Positions 36,511 to 46,528 of a stretch of 64,000 bases of DNA are shown in pieces. Source of the stretch: a virus; the IMG/VR virus record IMGVR_UViG_3300036766_000416, positions 114,610 to 178,609 of that record; one strand, 5' to 3'. Made by a program: the position numbers and the translations under genes. Positions within the stretch are counted from its first letter, which is position 1; the number at the start of each line of letters is the position of its first letter. The notes beneath the pieces are model-generated. The model did not search any database. It was given only the letters and a program-made list of their open reading frames with translations, and was not told where the DNA came from.

Positions 36511-37130
36511 ATTTTACTTTTGGCATCTGCACAACCTATGAGAATATTCCACAACTACGAGAGGTGGTGACGTCCATTCAGGCCCTCAATGTTCCCCAAG
36601 CAGAAATACTTATCGTAGGTTCCTATAGTGGCTTCGATAGTGACAAGGTACACGATTTGGATTGCCAGCATATACTCGTTGATGGATGGCTACCAAAGAA
36701 GAAAAATATGGTAGCGAAATTTGCTTACTATGAAAACCTTGTGATGCTCCATGACTACTATGTGTTCGACCCCGATTGGTACAGGGCCTATCAAAAGTTT
36801 GAAGAAGAGTGGGATGTGTGTTCGAACCCACAGTTTCTCCAAAACGGAAACCGACACTTCACCGACTGGGTTGTGTGGGATTCACCAATCCACCCACGGT
36901 ATCACTCATTGTGTCATGACGACTGGACACAGACGAAGTATCAGTATGTGAGCGGAGGGTACTTTCTTGTCAAGCGAAGTTTTTTGAGAGAGAATCCTCT
37001 CAACGAAGAACTGAAACCCGGGTCACCAGAGGACGTTGAGTGGTCACTCAGAATCCGTGACAAAGCAGTAATCAAGTGTAACCCATGGGCCATTGTGCGC
37101 CACAACAAGAAGCATAGGGACTGCAAATGA
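36507..37130 (+). CDS. GT2-like glycosyltransferase
   Basis: FTFGICT, EILIVG, KKN, MLHDY, EDVEWS. Confidence 0.65.
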   Translation: MNFTFGICTTYENIPQLREVVTSIQALNVPQAEILIVGSYSGFDSDKVHDLDCQHILVDGWLPKKKNMVAKFAYYENLVMLHDYYVFDPDWYRAYQKFEEEWDVCSNPQFLQNGNRHFTDWVVWDSPIHPRYHSLCHDDWTQTKYQYVSGGYFLVKRSFLRENPLNEELKPGSPEDVEWSLRIRDKAVIKCNPWAIVRHNKKHRDCK

Positions 37131-38497
37131 ATAAATTAGTGATCTTTGATCTGGACGGTGTGTTGATAGATAGCCGCAGGATTCACTTCCTGGCTCTCAA
37201 TAGGGCCCTTGATCCTATTCACCCCAAGTTTTGTATCATGTGGGATGAACACTTGGCCAAGTATGACGGTCTCCCCACAACCAAAAAACTCAAATTACTT
37301 ACCACTGAAAAGGGGTTGCCCGAACGGTTTTATGATGAAATTTGGAAAGAAAAACAAAAGCATACCGTAGAACTTTACAAAGAAATTCCAGAAAATCCCA
37401 GGCTCCAATCGATCTGTGATATTATCAAGTCACGGGGTATCAAGATTGCCGTGGCCTCCAATAGCATCTATGTCACCATGGCGATGGCGCTCAGTCGCAT
37501 TGGTATCATTGAATATGTGGATTATATGGTGTCCAATGAAGAGGTCAAGCACCCGAAGCCCTACCCTGAAATGTATTGGAAATGTATGATACAACTCAAG
37601 GCACTTCCAGAGAACACGGTGATCATCGAAGATAGCCATATTGGCCGTGAAGCAGCTCTGGCATCCAAAGCCCATTTGATACCTGTGAGGGATAGTGAGG
37701 ATACAACGCTGGCTCTTGCTGGAGAAATTATTTCATACTTCGCGGGTGTCAATAAACCACGGATACCTTGGCACAATAAGAAGATGAACATTGTCATTCC
37801 TATGGCTGGCCATGGGTCTCGATTTGTGCAAGCGGGGTATACGTTCCCGAAGCCCTTGATTGAGGTCAATGGAAAACCGATGATCCAGGTGGTTGTGGAG
37901 AACCTGAACATCGAAGCACACTACATATTCATAGTTCAAAAAGAACATTATGAGAAATACCAACTCAAGTATATGCTCAATATGATTGCCCCAGGTTGCC
38001 ATGTCATTCAAGTTGCCGGGGTCACTGAGGGGGCCGCATGTACCACGCTGTTGGCGAGAGAGTATATTGATAATGATGACCCATTGCTCATTGCGAACTC
38101 GGATCAGTATGTGGAATGGAACTCCAACGAATGCTTGTATGCATTCACTGCTGACGGGATTGACGCTGGAATCCTTACTTTCAAATCAGTCCACCCCAAG
38201 TGGTCCTATGCGAGACTTGATGACCAGGGATTTGTTGCTGAGGTAGCCGAGAAGCGTCCTATCTCTGATCTGGCAACCGTGGGCATCTACTATTGGAAGC
38301 GCGGGGCCGACTATGTGAAGTATGCGGAGCAGATGATACAGAAAAATATTCGCACCAACAATGAGTTTTACGCGTGCCCTGTGTTCAACGAAGCGATAGC
38401 CGACGGCAAGAAAGTGCGCGTCAAGAATATTGAAAAAATGTGGGGTATCGGGACACCCGAGGACCTGAAAACATACCTAGAGCGCCATTCATCCTAA
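37127..38497 (+). CDS. HAD phosphatase plus sugar-phosphate nucleotidyltransferase fusion
   Basis: FDLDGVL, KP.PEMY, IIEDS; then IPMAGHGSRF..PKPLI, NSDQY, EK.PIS, GIGTPEDL. Confidence 0.85.
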   Translation: MNKLVIFDLDGVLIDSRRIHFLALNRALDPIHPKFCIMWDEHLAKYDGLPTTKKLKLLTTEKGLPERFYDEIWKEKQKHTVELYKEIPENPRLQSICDIIKSRGIKIAVASNSIYVTMAMALSRIGIIEYVDYMVSNEEVKHPKPYPEMYWKCMIQLKALPENTVIIEDSHIGREAALASKAHLIPVRDSEDTTLALAGEIISYFAGVNKPRIPWHNKKMNIVIPMAGHGSRFVQAGYTFPKPLIEVNGKPMIQVVVENLNIEAHYIFIVQKEHYEKYQLKYMLNMIAPGCHVIQVAGVTEGAACTTLLAREYIDNDDPLLIANSDQYVEWNSNECLYAFTADGIDAGILTFKSVHPKWSYARLDDQGFVAEVAEKRPISDLATVGIYYWKRGADYVKYAEQMIQKNIRTNNEFYACPVFNEAIADGKKVRVKNIEKMWGIGTPEDLKTYLERHSS

Positions 38498-38510
38498 GAA
38501 AGGTGATTTA

Positions 38511-39191
38511 ATGACAGACATGATTAAGAAATTTTGGGCAGACCAGGCATCTGGTTGGTCATTGAGCAACAAGAATCCTCTTGTGGGTTGGTACCATGAG
38601 CACAATGCCGACACACGAGAGGGAGAATTGTTGTTTCGCGGAGTCCCTATCAAAGTTGGTTCACTAGCTCTAGAGTATGGCTGTGGTCCTGGAAGGAATA
38701 TGATCAAATTCAAAGAGTTTTTTCATCGAATTGATGGGGCTGACATTTCTCAGGAAATATTGAATAAATTGCCCCTCAATCTTGAAGAAGCAAATGTCGC
38801 GGTACCCAACCTCTTTCATACAGATGGACATTCACTCCCACTTGTCAGTGACTCTGGATACGATGTGGTTTTTTCTATTATCTGTATGCAGCATATTGCT
38901 TGTCGTTCCTGGAGATTGGAGTTGTATCGTGAATTTTTGAGGGTGCTTGTTCCTGGAGGGTTCTTTTGTTTTCAGATGGGGTTTGGAAAAAATGATAGTG
39001 CCGCCGATTATTTTCACGACTATGACGACACCGACAATCACCATCGAGATGTGAGGGTTGAGGATGTCTCGGTGCTCCAAAAGGACCTGGAGGATCAAGG
39101 TTTCGTTGGGTTTGATCATGTATTGACTGACCCGTGCCACGATATTCATGCTCAGTGGATATGGGTGCGCGTCCAGAGGCCAGTGAGGTAG
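38511..39191 (+). CDS. Class I SAM-dependent methyltransferase
   Basis: ALEYGCGPGRN, GADIS, YDVVFS, RVLVPGG. Confidence 0.85.
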   Translation: MTDMIKKFWADQASGWSLSNKNPLVGWYHEHNADTREGELLFRGVPIKVGSLALEYGCGPGRNMIKFKEFFHRIDGADISQEILNKLPLNLEEANVAVPNLFHTDGHSLPLVSDSGYDVVFSIICMQHIACRSWRLELYREFLRVLVPGGFFCFQMGFGKNDSAADYFHDYDDTDNHHRDVRVEDVSVLQKDLEDQGFVGFDHVLTDPCHDIHAQWIWVRVQRPVR

Positions 39192-39194
39192 GGA

Positions 39195-39743
39195 ATGCAC
39201 AAGCACCACATAATTCCTAGACACATGGGCGGGACTGATGAAGCATCTAATATCAAAGAAATAACCATTAAGGAACATGCAGAAGAACATTATAAATTAT
39301 GGAAACATTATGGGTATTGGCAAGATGAAGTTGCTTGGAGAGCATTATCTGGACAAATTTCTTGCGAAGAGGCTACCAAGGAGGCAACCTCAAGGGCTCG
39401 CAAGGGAATTGCTCTATCGCAGGAATGGAAAGACAAGATCAGTAGTTCTCTCAGTGGGAAGAAACATTCCGCTATCCATGTCGAAAAACAACGTCTATCA
39501 CACAAAGGACACAAACGGACACTGGAAACAAGAAAGAAAATTTCTATCGCTAGAGCAGGGAAGTTGTTGTCGGAGGAACATAAAAATAATATTCGTTTGT
39601 CAGTAAATCTCAAGGACTGTAAAGAAAAACAAAGCAGTGCTAAAAGAAAGATCATAACATGTCCCCATTGTAATAAAAGTGGTTGTGGACCCATGTATCG
39701 TTGGCATTTTGATAATTGTAAGGAGAAAAGGAATGTCTCTTAG
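39195..39743 (+). CDS. Free-standing HNH endonuclease (paralog of 15435)
   Basis: HKHHIIP.HMGG.D..SN..EHAEEH; NUMOD3; C-terminal CPHC..HFDNC. Confidence 0.8.
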   Translation: MHKHHIIPRHMGGTDEASNIKEITIKEHAEEHYKLWKHYGYWQDEVAWRALSGQISCEEATKEATSRARKGIALSQEWKDKISSSLSGKKHSAIHVEKQRLSHKGHKRTLETRKKISIARAGKLLSEEHKNNIRLSVNLKDCKEKQSSAKRKIITCPHCNKSGCGPMYRWHFDNCKEKRNVS

Positions 39744-40536
39744 TTGTTGGATACTTACCTTCAATCGTCCTGCTGCCCTCAATAGACAGATTGATGCATT
39801 CAGTCGATGGACCGACGTGAAAATTTTCACCAATCACCCAGAGATCCAATTGACCGCAGAACACTCAGACCTTCATAAACGCGGGTTGCTACCTATTCTC
39901 TATAATTCATTGTCAGACCCAGAGGCCACCTCATACTGTGCGCGAAGCTGGAATAATATTTTCCTGAAGGGTTTCAAAGACCAAGACGAAATGATTTGTG
40001 TGCAGGACGACACCCAAATCAATGATTGGGAGCGATTTCGTGATTTGATTCTGGCAAACAAAGACCGCTATGACCTGATATGGGGACCTGGTGGTGATCA
40101 ATTCTTTTACATGAAGAAGAAAATCTTGCAGACCGTTGGATGGTTCGACGAGCGGTACCTCGGGTGCTATTGTGGTGACGCGGATTGGCTCCAACGCATC
40201 TGGCAGCAGTATGACCACAATAAACTCTCGGTCTATGAGACTCATGATTGGGGATTCGTTCACAATGATATCGGTCTCGGACAATTCATCCCCACACACA
40301 TTCAATCGAAATCCATCGACCCTAACTACGTCAATCAGCACCACGAGATTGAAAAGGTTGTTGGTGTGAGGACCAATCGTATTCTGGAGCATTCACAGGC
40401 GTTCTATGTATCCAAGTGGGGCCACATGCTCAACGGCACGGGTCCTATTAGTCGTACCGATTTACCAAATGGTTCAATGATTACAGAGATTGATTGGTAC
40501 CCATGGTTCACAGAAAAATATCTCAAAGGTAAATAA
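39733..40536 (+). CDS. GT-A fold glycosyltransferase-like protein (start 39733)
   Basis: ILTFNRP, SWN, CVQDD, GWFDERY..GDADW. Confidence 0.6.
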   Translation: MSLSCWILTFNRPAALNRQIDAFSRWTDVKIFTNHPEIQLTAEHSDLHKRGLLPILYNSLSDPEATSYCARSWNNIFLKGFKDQDEMICVQDDTQINDWERFRDLILANKDRYDLIWGPGGDQFFYMKKKILQTVGWFDERYLGCYCGDADWLQRIWQQYDHNKLSVYETHDWGFVHNDIGLGQFIPTHIQSKSIDPNYVNQHHEIEKVVGVRTNRILEHSQAFYVSKWGHMLNGTGPISRTDLPNGSMITEIDWYPWFTEKYLKGK

Positions 40537-41069
40537 TGAAAACGATCATCGAAGTGGGTGCCCATCAGGGTGTCGAAACCTTCAATTTTCTCACTGACTA
40601 CGAAGCGGAGGTCTGGGCATTCGAACCTGATCAGTCAGAGTTCATCATACTGTATAAAATGTCACGAGAATTTCCTCGTCTCCATGTGCTCCCATTCGCG
40701 GTTGACATTGGGGATAACCAGGAACCCCTATTTCGCCGAGAGAATGGACAGAGTACCTTAGAGCCCCCTGCGTTTGGTACCAGTGTCGCCACGAATTTCA
40801 CGATGACCTGGACAATCAGACTCGATACATTCATGACGCTCTACTCTATTGGTCACGTAGACTACCTGCGAATTGACGCACCACTTCGTGAGGAGATGAT
40901 CCTTGAGAGCCTGGGTGACCGAATCAAGGATATTGAGCGTGGTCGTGTCAGTCGCTATGAACACCGATCGGCGGTACCTGCGTTCCTCTGTGACCATGGG
41001 TTCAACATCATGAGTGACACGGTTTCAAACAATACACTGTGCCCTGACATAAAATTTTGGAGGTTGTGA
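40536..41069 (+). CDS. FkbM-like methyltransferase
   Basis: IIEVGAHQG, WAFEP, IRLDTF, DYLRID. Confidence 0.7.
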   Translation: MKTIIEVGAHQGVETFNFLTDYEAEVWAFEPDQSEFIILYKMSREFPRLHVLPFAVDIGDNQEPLFRRENGQSTLEPPAFGTSVATNFTMTWTIRLDTFMTLYSIGHVDYLRIDAPLREEMILESLGDRIKDIERGRVSRYEHRSAVPAFLCDHGFNIMSDTVSNNTLCPDIKFWRL

Positions 41070-41779
41070 TGGCTATTGAAGAAAATGATTTTTTGAAACG
41101 TCAGCAAACATTCTGGGGTGACATAGCCAAGAACTGGTCTCTCGAAAATAAAAATCCAATCGTAGGTTGGTGGAACGAGCACCAAGCTTTCGAAGAATAC
41201 GACACCGTGTTATTCAGGAATATTCCTCTCACTGGGCACGAAGTGGCCTTAGAGTATGGTTGTGGCCCCGCGAGAAACCTTGTGCGGTTCAAAGATCGTT
41301 TTGCGCGAATCGACGGGGTTGACATTGCTCCAGACTGTATCGAGAAAGCGAAAGTGTATCTGTCGTCCCTGGGGTTACCAGAACCCAATCTCTGGGCGAA
41401 CGACGGTCGCTCACTGCCGATGATTGCAGATGCACAGTATGACATCGTGTTCATGGTCATCAGTCACCAGCATATCACCAGTCGTTCGGTCAGACTCCAA
41501 CTCTATAAAGAATTCCTGCGGGTCCTGAAGCCCGGCGGCTACCTGTGCTTCCAAACCGGGTATGGTCCAGGTCACCCAAGGTCGGTTGACTACTTCACAG
41601 AGCACTACGACAACGAAGTAGACTTTGTGGACAAGGATGTTCGCGTTGAATCTATTGTTGTTATAAAAAAAGATTTGGAGGATTGTGGGTTCAAATGGTT
41701 GGACCATGTATTCACAAGAACCGTTCACGATGAACACCCATGTTGGACATGGATTCGTTGCCAAAAACCAAATGTATAG
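41069..41779 (+). CDS. Class I SAM-dependent methyltransferase (paralog of 38511)
   Basis: ALEYGCGPARN, GVDIA, YDIVF, RVLKPGG. Confidence 0.85.
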   Translation: MAIEENDFLKRQQTFWGDIAKNWSLENKNPIVGWWNEHQAFEEYDTVLFRNIPLTGHEVALEYGCGPARNLVRFKDRFARIDGVDIAPDCIEKAKVYLSSLGLPEPNLWANDGRSLPMIADAQYDIVFMVISHQHITSRSVRLQLYKEFLRVLKPGGYLCFQTGYGPGHPRSVDYFTEHYDNEVDFVDKDVRVESIVVIKKDLEDCGFKWLDHVFTRTVHDEHPCWTWIRCQKPNV

Positions 41780-42368
41780 TATTTACCAAATAGTAAATAA
41801 TATCAATAATAAGAGGTATGTTGGGTTCACGTCACTAAGAAATCCGAGAACTAGATTTATCCAACATTCATCTAAATCCAAAAGAGGTTCCAAGTCTCCC
41901 ATACATTGTGCGATCAGGAAATATGGGAAAAATAATTTTCATTTTGAAATTCTAGAGCAAGGTGAAGATGGGGAGTATGGTAAAAATATTGTTGAACCTA
42001 TGTATATTGAATGGATGGTGCCTGAATATAATTTGACTAGGGGTGGTGAGGGTGCTTTTGGTTATAAGCACACAGAACAATCAAAGAGCAAGTTATCCCA
42101 AAAACTAAAAGGAAGGACGTTTAGTGACGACCATATAAGAAATTTAGTAATAGCTAGGTCTTTTAGAAAAGTCACTGAGAGTTGGAAAATCAACAACGGT
42201 GAGGGACACGCAAAAATATTTATTATAACTTCACCTACCGGGCAATCCTACACCATAAAAAACCTAAGAAAATTTTGTAGACAGAATAATCTCCATCAAG
42301 GTTATATGGTTTCTATCGCAAAGGGTAAAAACAAATCCTATAAGGGGTGGAGGTGTAAATATCCATGA
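41772..42368 (+). CDS. GIY-YIG homing endonuclease (start 41772)
   Basis: SIYQIVNNINNKRYVG, YNLTRGGEG, NUMOD3, NL.KFCR..KGW.C. Confidence 0.85.
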   Translation: MYSIYQIVNNINNKRYVGFTSLRNPRTRFIQHSSKSKRGSKSPIHCAIRKYGKNNFHFEILEQGEDGEYGKNIVEPMYIEWMVPEYNLTRGGEGAFGYKHTEQSKSKLSQKLKGRTFSDDHIRNLVIARSFRKVTESWKINNGEGHAKIFIITSPTGQSYTIKNLRKFCRQNNLHQGYMVSIAKGKNKSYKGWRCKYP

Positions 42369-42835
42369 TCCTTATTTCTCATAGAGGCAACCTCAACGGG
42401 GCGGCTCCTGACCTCGAAAACACCCTAGGGTACATCGACACCGCTATCAAGAGTGGTTTTGATGTCGAGATCGACGTCTGGGGCATCGAAGGTCGCCTGT
42501 GGCTCGGTCATGATGCAGGTGTCAAGTCCATCTCCACGGGGTACCTTCATGACAACTTTGATCGACTGTGGGTTCACTGCAAGAATATCGAGGCGATCAA
42601 CATGCTCCATGCCCATGCCCCATTGGTTCGACACTTTTGGCACCAAAAGGACGACTATACGATGGTCAGCAATGGGTTGGTGTGGTGCTTCCCAGGCAAG
42701 CAGCCACCAGCAAAGGGTGGCATTGTGGTCATGCCAGAACTCCTGATGACACTGGACGCGATTCGTTCGTATTGGAACCAGGGTGTCTATGGGATTTGCA
42801 GCGACTTTGTGGGGGTGCTCAAAGATCATAAATAG
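42365..42835 (+). CDS. GDPD-like (PLC-like phosphodiesterase fold) protein
   Basis: ISHRGN..ENT...GFDVEIDVW..LGHD, GICSDF. Confidence 0.75.
   Translation: MILISHRGNLNGAAPDLENTLGYIDTAIKSGFDVEIDVWGIEGRLWLGHDAGVKSISTGYLHDNFDRLWVHCKNIEAINMLHAHAPLVRHFWHQKDDYTMVSNGLVWCFPGKQPPAKGGIVVMPELLMTLDAIRSYWNQGVYGICSDFVGVLKDHK
42827..42834 (+). promoter_or_regulatory. Late-promoter-like box
   Basis: CATAAATA upstream of a HEG. Confidence 0.4.
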
Positions 42836-42870
42836 CTCATCGACCCATAATCCACCTGCAGAGGGTGTTC

Positions 42871-43494
42871 ATGCTTGCCACAATCTACAAGGCTACCAAT
42901 ATACTTAACGGCAGACCCTACATAGGGTTCGATTCTTCTTGGCCAAACCGTCAAAAAGAACACCTTAGACAAGCCTTTCAACCAAAATCCTCCTCCTACT
43001 CCACTGCTTTCCACAAAGCTATCCGCGAATCGAAACCAGAATCATTTGTGTGGGAAGTTCTCTATACCTCTGACGATTTAGAGCACACTCTCAATGTCAT
43101 GGAGTCTCGATTTATCCAAGAACACAACTCCCATCACCTTTATGGACATGGATACAACATGACCTTGGGTGGCAATGGGTCTGTGATACATTCGTTGATT
43201 GAAATAGAGAAAATGTGCGAAGCACAGAAAAGAAGGTATACTGACCCAGAACAGAGGCGTCTGACAGGAGAGGCAATAAAGAAGTCCTATACCCCCGAAC
43301 TCATAAAAAAGAGGTCTCAGGGAACCAAAAAATCATATACTCCTGAGTTGAGGGAGATACGTCGCCAGCAAATGCTGTGTAAAAATCCAGCAAAAACTAT
43401 GTCTAGGATTGAGTGTCCTCATTGCCACCTGGTTGGTTCCAGCAATAATATGAAACGATACCACTTTGATAATTGTGAGGTGTCGCGTGGATAA
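42871..43494 (+). CDS. GIY-YIG homing endonuclease (related to 8241)
   Basis: TIYKATNILNGRPYIG, GYNMTLGG, C-terminal CPHC..HFDNC. Confidence 0.85.
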   Translation: MLATIYKATNILNGRPYIGFDSSWPNRQKEHLRQAFQPKSSSYSTAFHKAIRESKPESFVWEVLYTSDDLEHTLNVMESRFIQEHNSHHLYGHGYNMTLGGNGSVIHSLIEIEKMCEAQKRRYTDPEQRRLTGEAIKKSYTPELIKKRSQGTKKSYTPELREIRRQQMLCKNPAKTMSRIECPHCHLVGSSNNMKRYHFDNCEVSRG

Positions 43495-46063
43495 ACTCAT
43501 CATACCCCACGGACTGAATTTGGATAGGGCGTCTCTACCTCAGGTGAAATCCACCGATGTTCCTGATTATCTTCGTTGGCTCTCACAGCACAAGCACTAC
43601 TCTTCTTTCCGAACTGAGTTGCCTGTTGCCTCATTGTTCTTCACGCAAGGCAACCTGAACAAATCAAAAATAAAACATTTCATGACGGATAAAAGAGACA
43701 ATCTCAGAAAACCTGTTATTGTTTCGGGAGATCATTATGTAATTGATGGACACCATAGAGTTACTGCTCTCCTGAACATGGACCCCACAGATACCATACC
43801 AGTTATCATGGTCCATGCAAAGGTCCTGGACCTCATTACTGCTACTAGAGAATATCCGCGCTCATTCACCAAGAACGTGGTCGAGTCATTCGCGTTGGTC
43901 ACTGAGGCCGCTGAGAAGCATACAGTTCTCACCTTTGGTCGCTTCAACCCACCCACAGCGGGGCACAAAAAGCTTGTCGATAAGGTCCACGAGGTGGCCA
44001 AGGAACACACGGCAGACCACCATGTGGTTCTCAGTCACACCCATGATGCTGAGAAGAACCCTCTCAGTCCAGCAGACAAACTCAAGCACGCCAAGCGGGC
44101 CTTTCCGGGCACCCATGTTTATGCGTCATCCACCAAGTACCCCACGATTTTCCACCATGCGGCCCATTTCCATAAAGCAGGTACCAAGCACCTCCATGTG
44201 GTCGTTGGGTCCGATAGGGTCAAGGAGTTCCATGACTCCCTTCATAAATATAATGGACACTTCGACAAGGAAGGCCACGGATACAAATTCAAGAGTATTA
44301 CAGTTCACTCGGCGGGTCACCGAGACCCTGATGCCAAAGGAGTAGAAGGTATGAGTGCGAGCAAGATGCGTGAACATGCCCATTCCGGCAACTTCAAGGA
44401 ATTTAGCAGAGGGGTCTCCAGTCATATGACACCTGAACATGCGAAAGAGTTATATCATGATGTTCGTAAAGGGCAGGGGCACCTGAAGGAATCATGGTAC
44501 AACACCAAAGTTGGACATGTTGAATTCAAAAAGGCAGATCCAAAGTGTAAACACTGCGGCGGCACAGGTTACACAGACAACTATAATGCCCATGGAAGTC
44601 CAGCGGCTCCTGGTTTTGGAACGCACAATTCTTCAGCGTGCTCATGTACCAGTAAATGGGTAGAAGCTAAGTTGAAAGAGGAAGTTGTAGAAATCCTCGC
44701 CGAGGGTGTTCACGACGCCGGTATCTTCAAGGCTGTGTTCATCACTGGTGGCACAGGGTCCGGCAAAGACTTCGTGATGAAGAAGTCTCTGCATGGTCAC
44801 GGTCTCACCGAGATCAACTCAGACACAGCCTTAGAGCACCTGATGCACAAAGGTGGACTGGACAAGAAGATGCCAGCCCACGAAAAAGAAAAACGTGACG
44901 TCACCAGAGAGCGCGCCAAGTCGATCACTGACCTCAGACAGCAGCTAGCGATTCATGGTCGCAATGGTCTCATCATCAACAGCACAGGTGCAAAGGCTGA
45001 CCAGATCAAGAAACTCAAGGGTGCCCTGGAGGACCTTGGGTACGACGCCAAGATGGTGTTTGTTGATGCTTCCGACAACGTGAGCAGAAACCGCAATGTC
45101 GAACGTGGCCAACGTGGCGGTCGCATGATTCCAGAGGATCTGCGAGCCAAGAAGTGGCGCGAGGCACAGGACAGTCGCGTGGTGTTCTCCAAGATGTTTG
45201 GACAGGAGCACTACCACGAATTTCAAAATGACGAGGACCTGCGGCACAACACTGATCCTGAGATTCATTCTCAAAAAACAGCGGAACTGGATGACCTGTT
45301 CAAGACCGTCAGAAAGTTCACACAGCAACCACCCAAGCACCCCGTGGCTCAGGAGTGGGTCCACAGGAACCTGGGTAAACTGGCCAAGCAGCCTATTGGC
45401 AATCGCGCTCAACAAAAGGCTATGACACCTCCATCCTCAGATTCGCAGGCGTCAGAGGAAGCGAGAAAACTTGGTTTAACCTACTACGGTTATGGAAAAT
45501 TCGGGAAGAATTCTCGTGTATCACATTTCAGTCTGCATGGCAAGCTCGTCGAGAAACAGAAAGCACTAAAACCCCCGGCATCACTAAAAGCAAATACCGC
45601 AAAGACACAGACAACCAAGAAGCCGCTGAACGAGGCATTCGAAGAACTTATCACGGAGGTCACTCATGGGAATGTACCTGATCTACAAACACCCAACGCT
45701 CTGGAAGATTTGGTGCTGGTACCAGGGAGTGAAGTTCTGGATGGAGAATTTGAACACCTCATCGAATCAAGTGATACCGACGGAATCCGTGACCTTAGAG
45801 ATTGTTACACCGAAACACAAGAAATTCCGCAAGAAAAAGTCACCTTTGATACTCTCAGGCGACGATTGGTCGTTTCAAGTGGCCAAGGGGCAGAAGAAAG
45901 AACGAAAACGCTCAGTGAAGGAGAAGCTACGCTAGAGCCGGGAACTGAGTCGGGAGCCATCTTGGGTACAGGAACCAATGAGGTCATCGACAAAACTAAT
46001 GGGGGCTTGGCGACCAGTGGTCCCAAGAAAACATTAAGGAAATTTAGGACAGATATAAAATAA
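43487..46063 (+). CDS. Multidomain protein: ParB/Srx-like, cytidylyltransferase-like, small Cys domain, P-loop kinase, acidic tail (probable GTG start 43487)
   Basis: YVIDGHHR; TFGRFNPPTAGH and VVGSDR, SASKMR; CKHC..CSC; ITGGTGSGKD and RNVERG. Confidence 0.75.
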   Translation: MDKLIIPHGLNLDRASLPQVKSTDVPDYLRWLSQHKHYSSFRTELPVASLFFTQGNLNKSKIKHFMTDKRDNLRKPVIVSGDHYVIDGHHRVTALLNMDPTDTIPVIMVHAKVLDLITATREYPRSFTKNVVESFALVTEAAEKHTVLTFGRFNPPTAGHKKLVDKVHEVAKEHTADHHVVLSHTHDAEKNPLSPADKLKHAKRAFPGTHVYASSTKYPTIFHHAAHFHKAGTKHLHVVVGSDRVKEFHDSLHKYNGHFDKEGHGYKFKSITVHSAGHRDPDAKGVEGMSASKMREHAHSGNFKEFSRGVSSHMTPEHAKELYHDVRKGQGHLKESWYNTKVGHVEFKKADPKCKHCGGTGYTDNYNAHGSPAAPGFGTHNSSACSCTSKWVEAKLKEEVVEILAEGVHDAGIFKAVFITGGTGSGKDFVMKKSLHGHGLTEINSDTALEHLMHKGGLDKKMPAHEKEKRDVTRERAKSITDLRQQLAIHGRNGLIINSTGAKADQIKKLKGALEDLGYDAKMVFVDASDNVSRNRNVERGQRGGRMIPEDLRAKKWREAQDSRVVFSKMFGQEHYHEFQNDEDLRHNTDPEIHSQKTAELDDLFKTVRKFTQQPPKHPVAQEWVHRNLGKLAKQPIGNRAQQKAMTPPSSDSQASEEARKLGLTYYGYGKFGKNSRVSHFSLHGKLVEKQKALKPPASLKANTAKTQTTKKPLNEAFEELITEVTHGNVPDLQTPNALEDLVLVPGSEVLDGEFEHLIESSDTDGIRDLRDCYTETQEIPQEKVTFDTLRRRLVVSSGQGAEERTKTLSEGEATLEPGTESGAILGTGTNEVIDKTNGGLATSGPKKTLRKFRTDIK

Positions 46064-46527
46064 TGTCGAATTATCGTAAGATTTATGAGCAATACTATGG
46101 GGTCAAGATTCCCAAAGGTCACCATATCCACCACAAGGATATGGATCATGGGAATGACGATCCTTTGAATTTGGAAGCTTTGCATCCAGACGAGCACGCA
46201 AAAAAGCATGGGTTTAGTTCTAATTTCATTATGGCGCAATCGACCGCTGTTGAGCGGGCTGCCATAGGACGAAAGAGATTGGAATGGAGAACTAAGAAAT
46301 CCAAGGATATGATGGGCAACGTGAACGGAAAGGGAAACAAGGGTAAGAAACTTACCGACGAAACAAAAGCTAAAATAACAATAGCAATGATAGGTCGAAT
46401 TATGACATCTGAACATAAAGCAAGACTTTCGGCTTCGAAGATGGGAAATACAAATACTCTAGGATTTAAGCACACGGCTCAGTCTATAGCTAACATGACA
46501 CTTGCGGCAAGGAATAGGAAAAAGTAA
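46063..46527 (+). CDS. Free-standing HNH endonuclease
   Basis: HIHHKDMDHGNDDPLNLEAL..DEHAKKH; NUMOD3. Confidence 0.8.
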   Translation: MSNYRKIYEQYYGVKIPKGHHIHHKDMDHGNDDPLNLEALHPDEHAKKHGFSSNFIMAQSTAVERAAIGRKRLEWRTKKSKDMMGNVNGKGNKGKKLTDETKAKITIAMIGRIMTSEHKARLSASKMGNTNTLGFKHTAQSIANMTLAARNRKK

Positions 46528-46528
46528 C

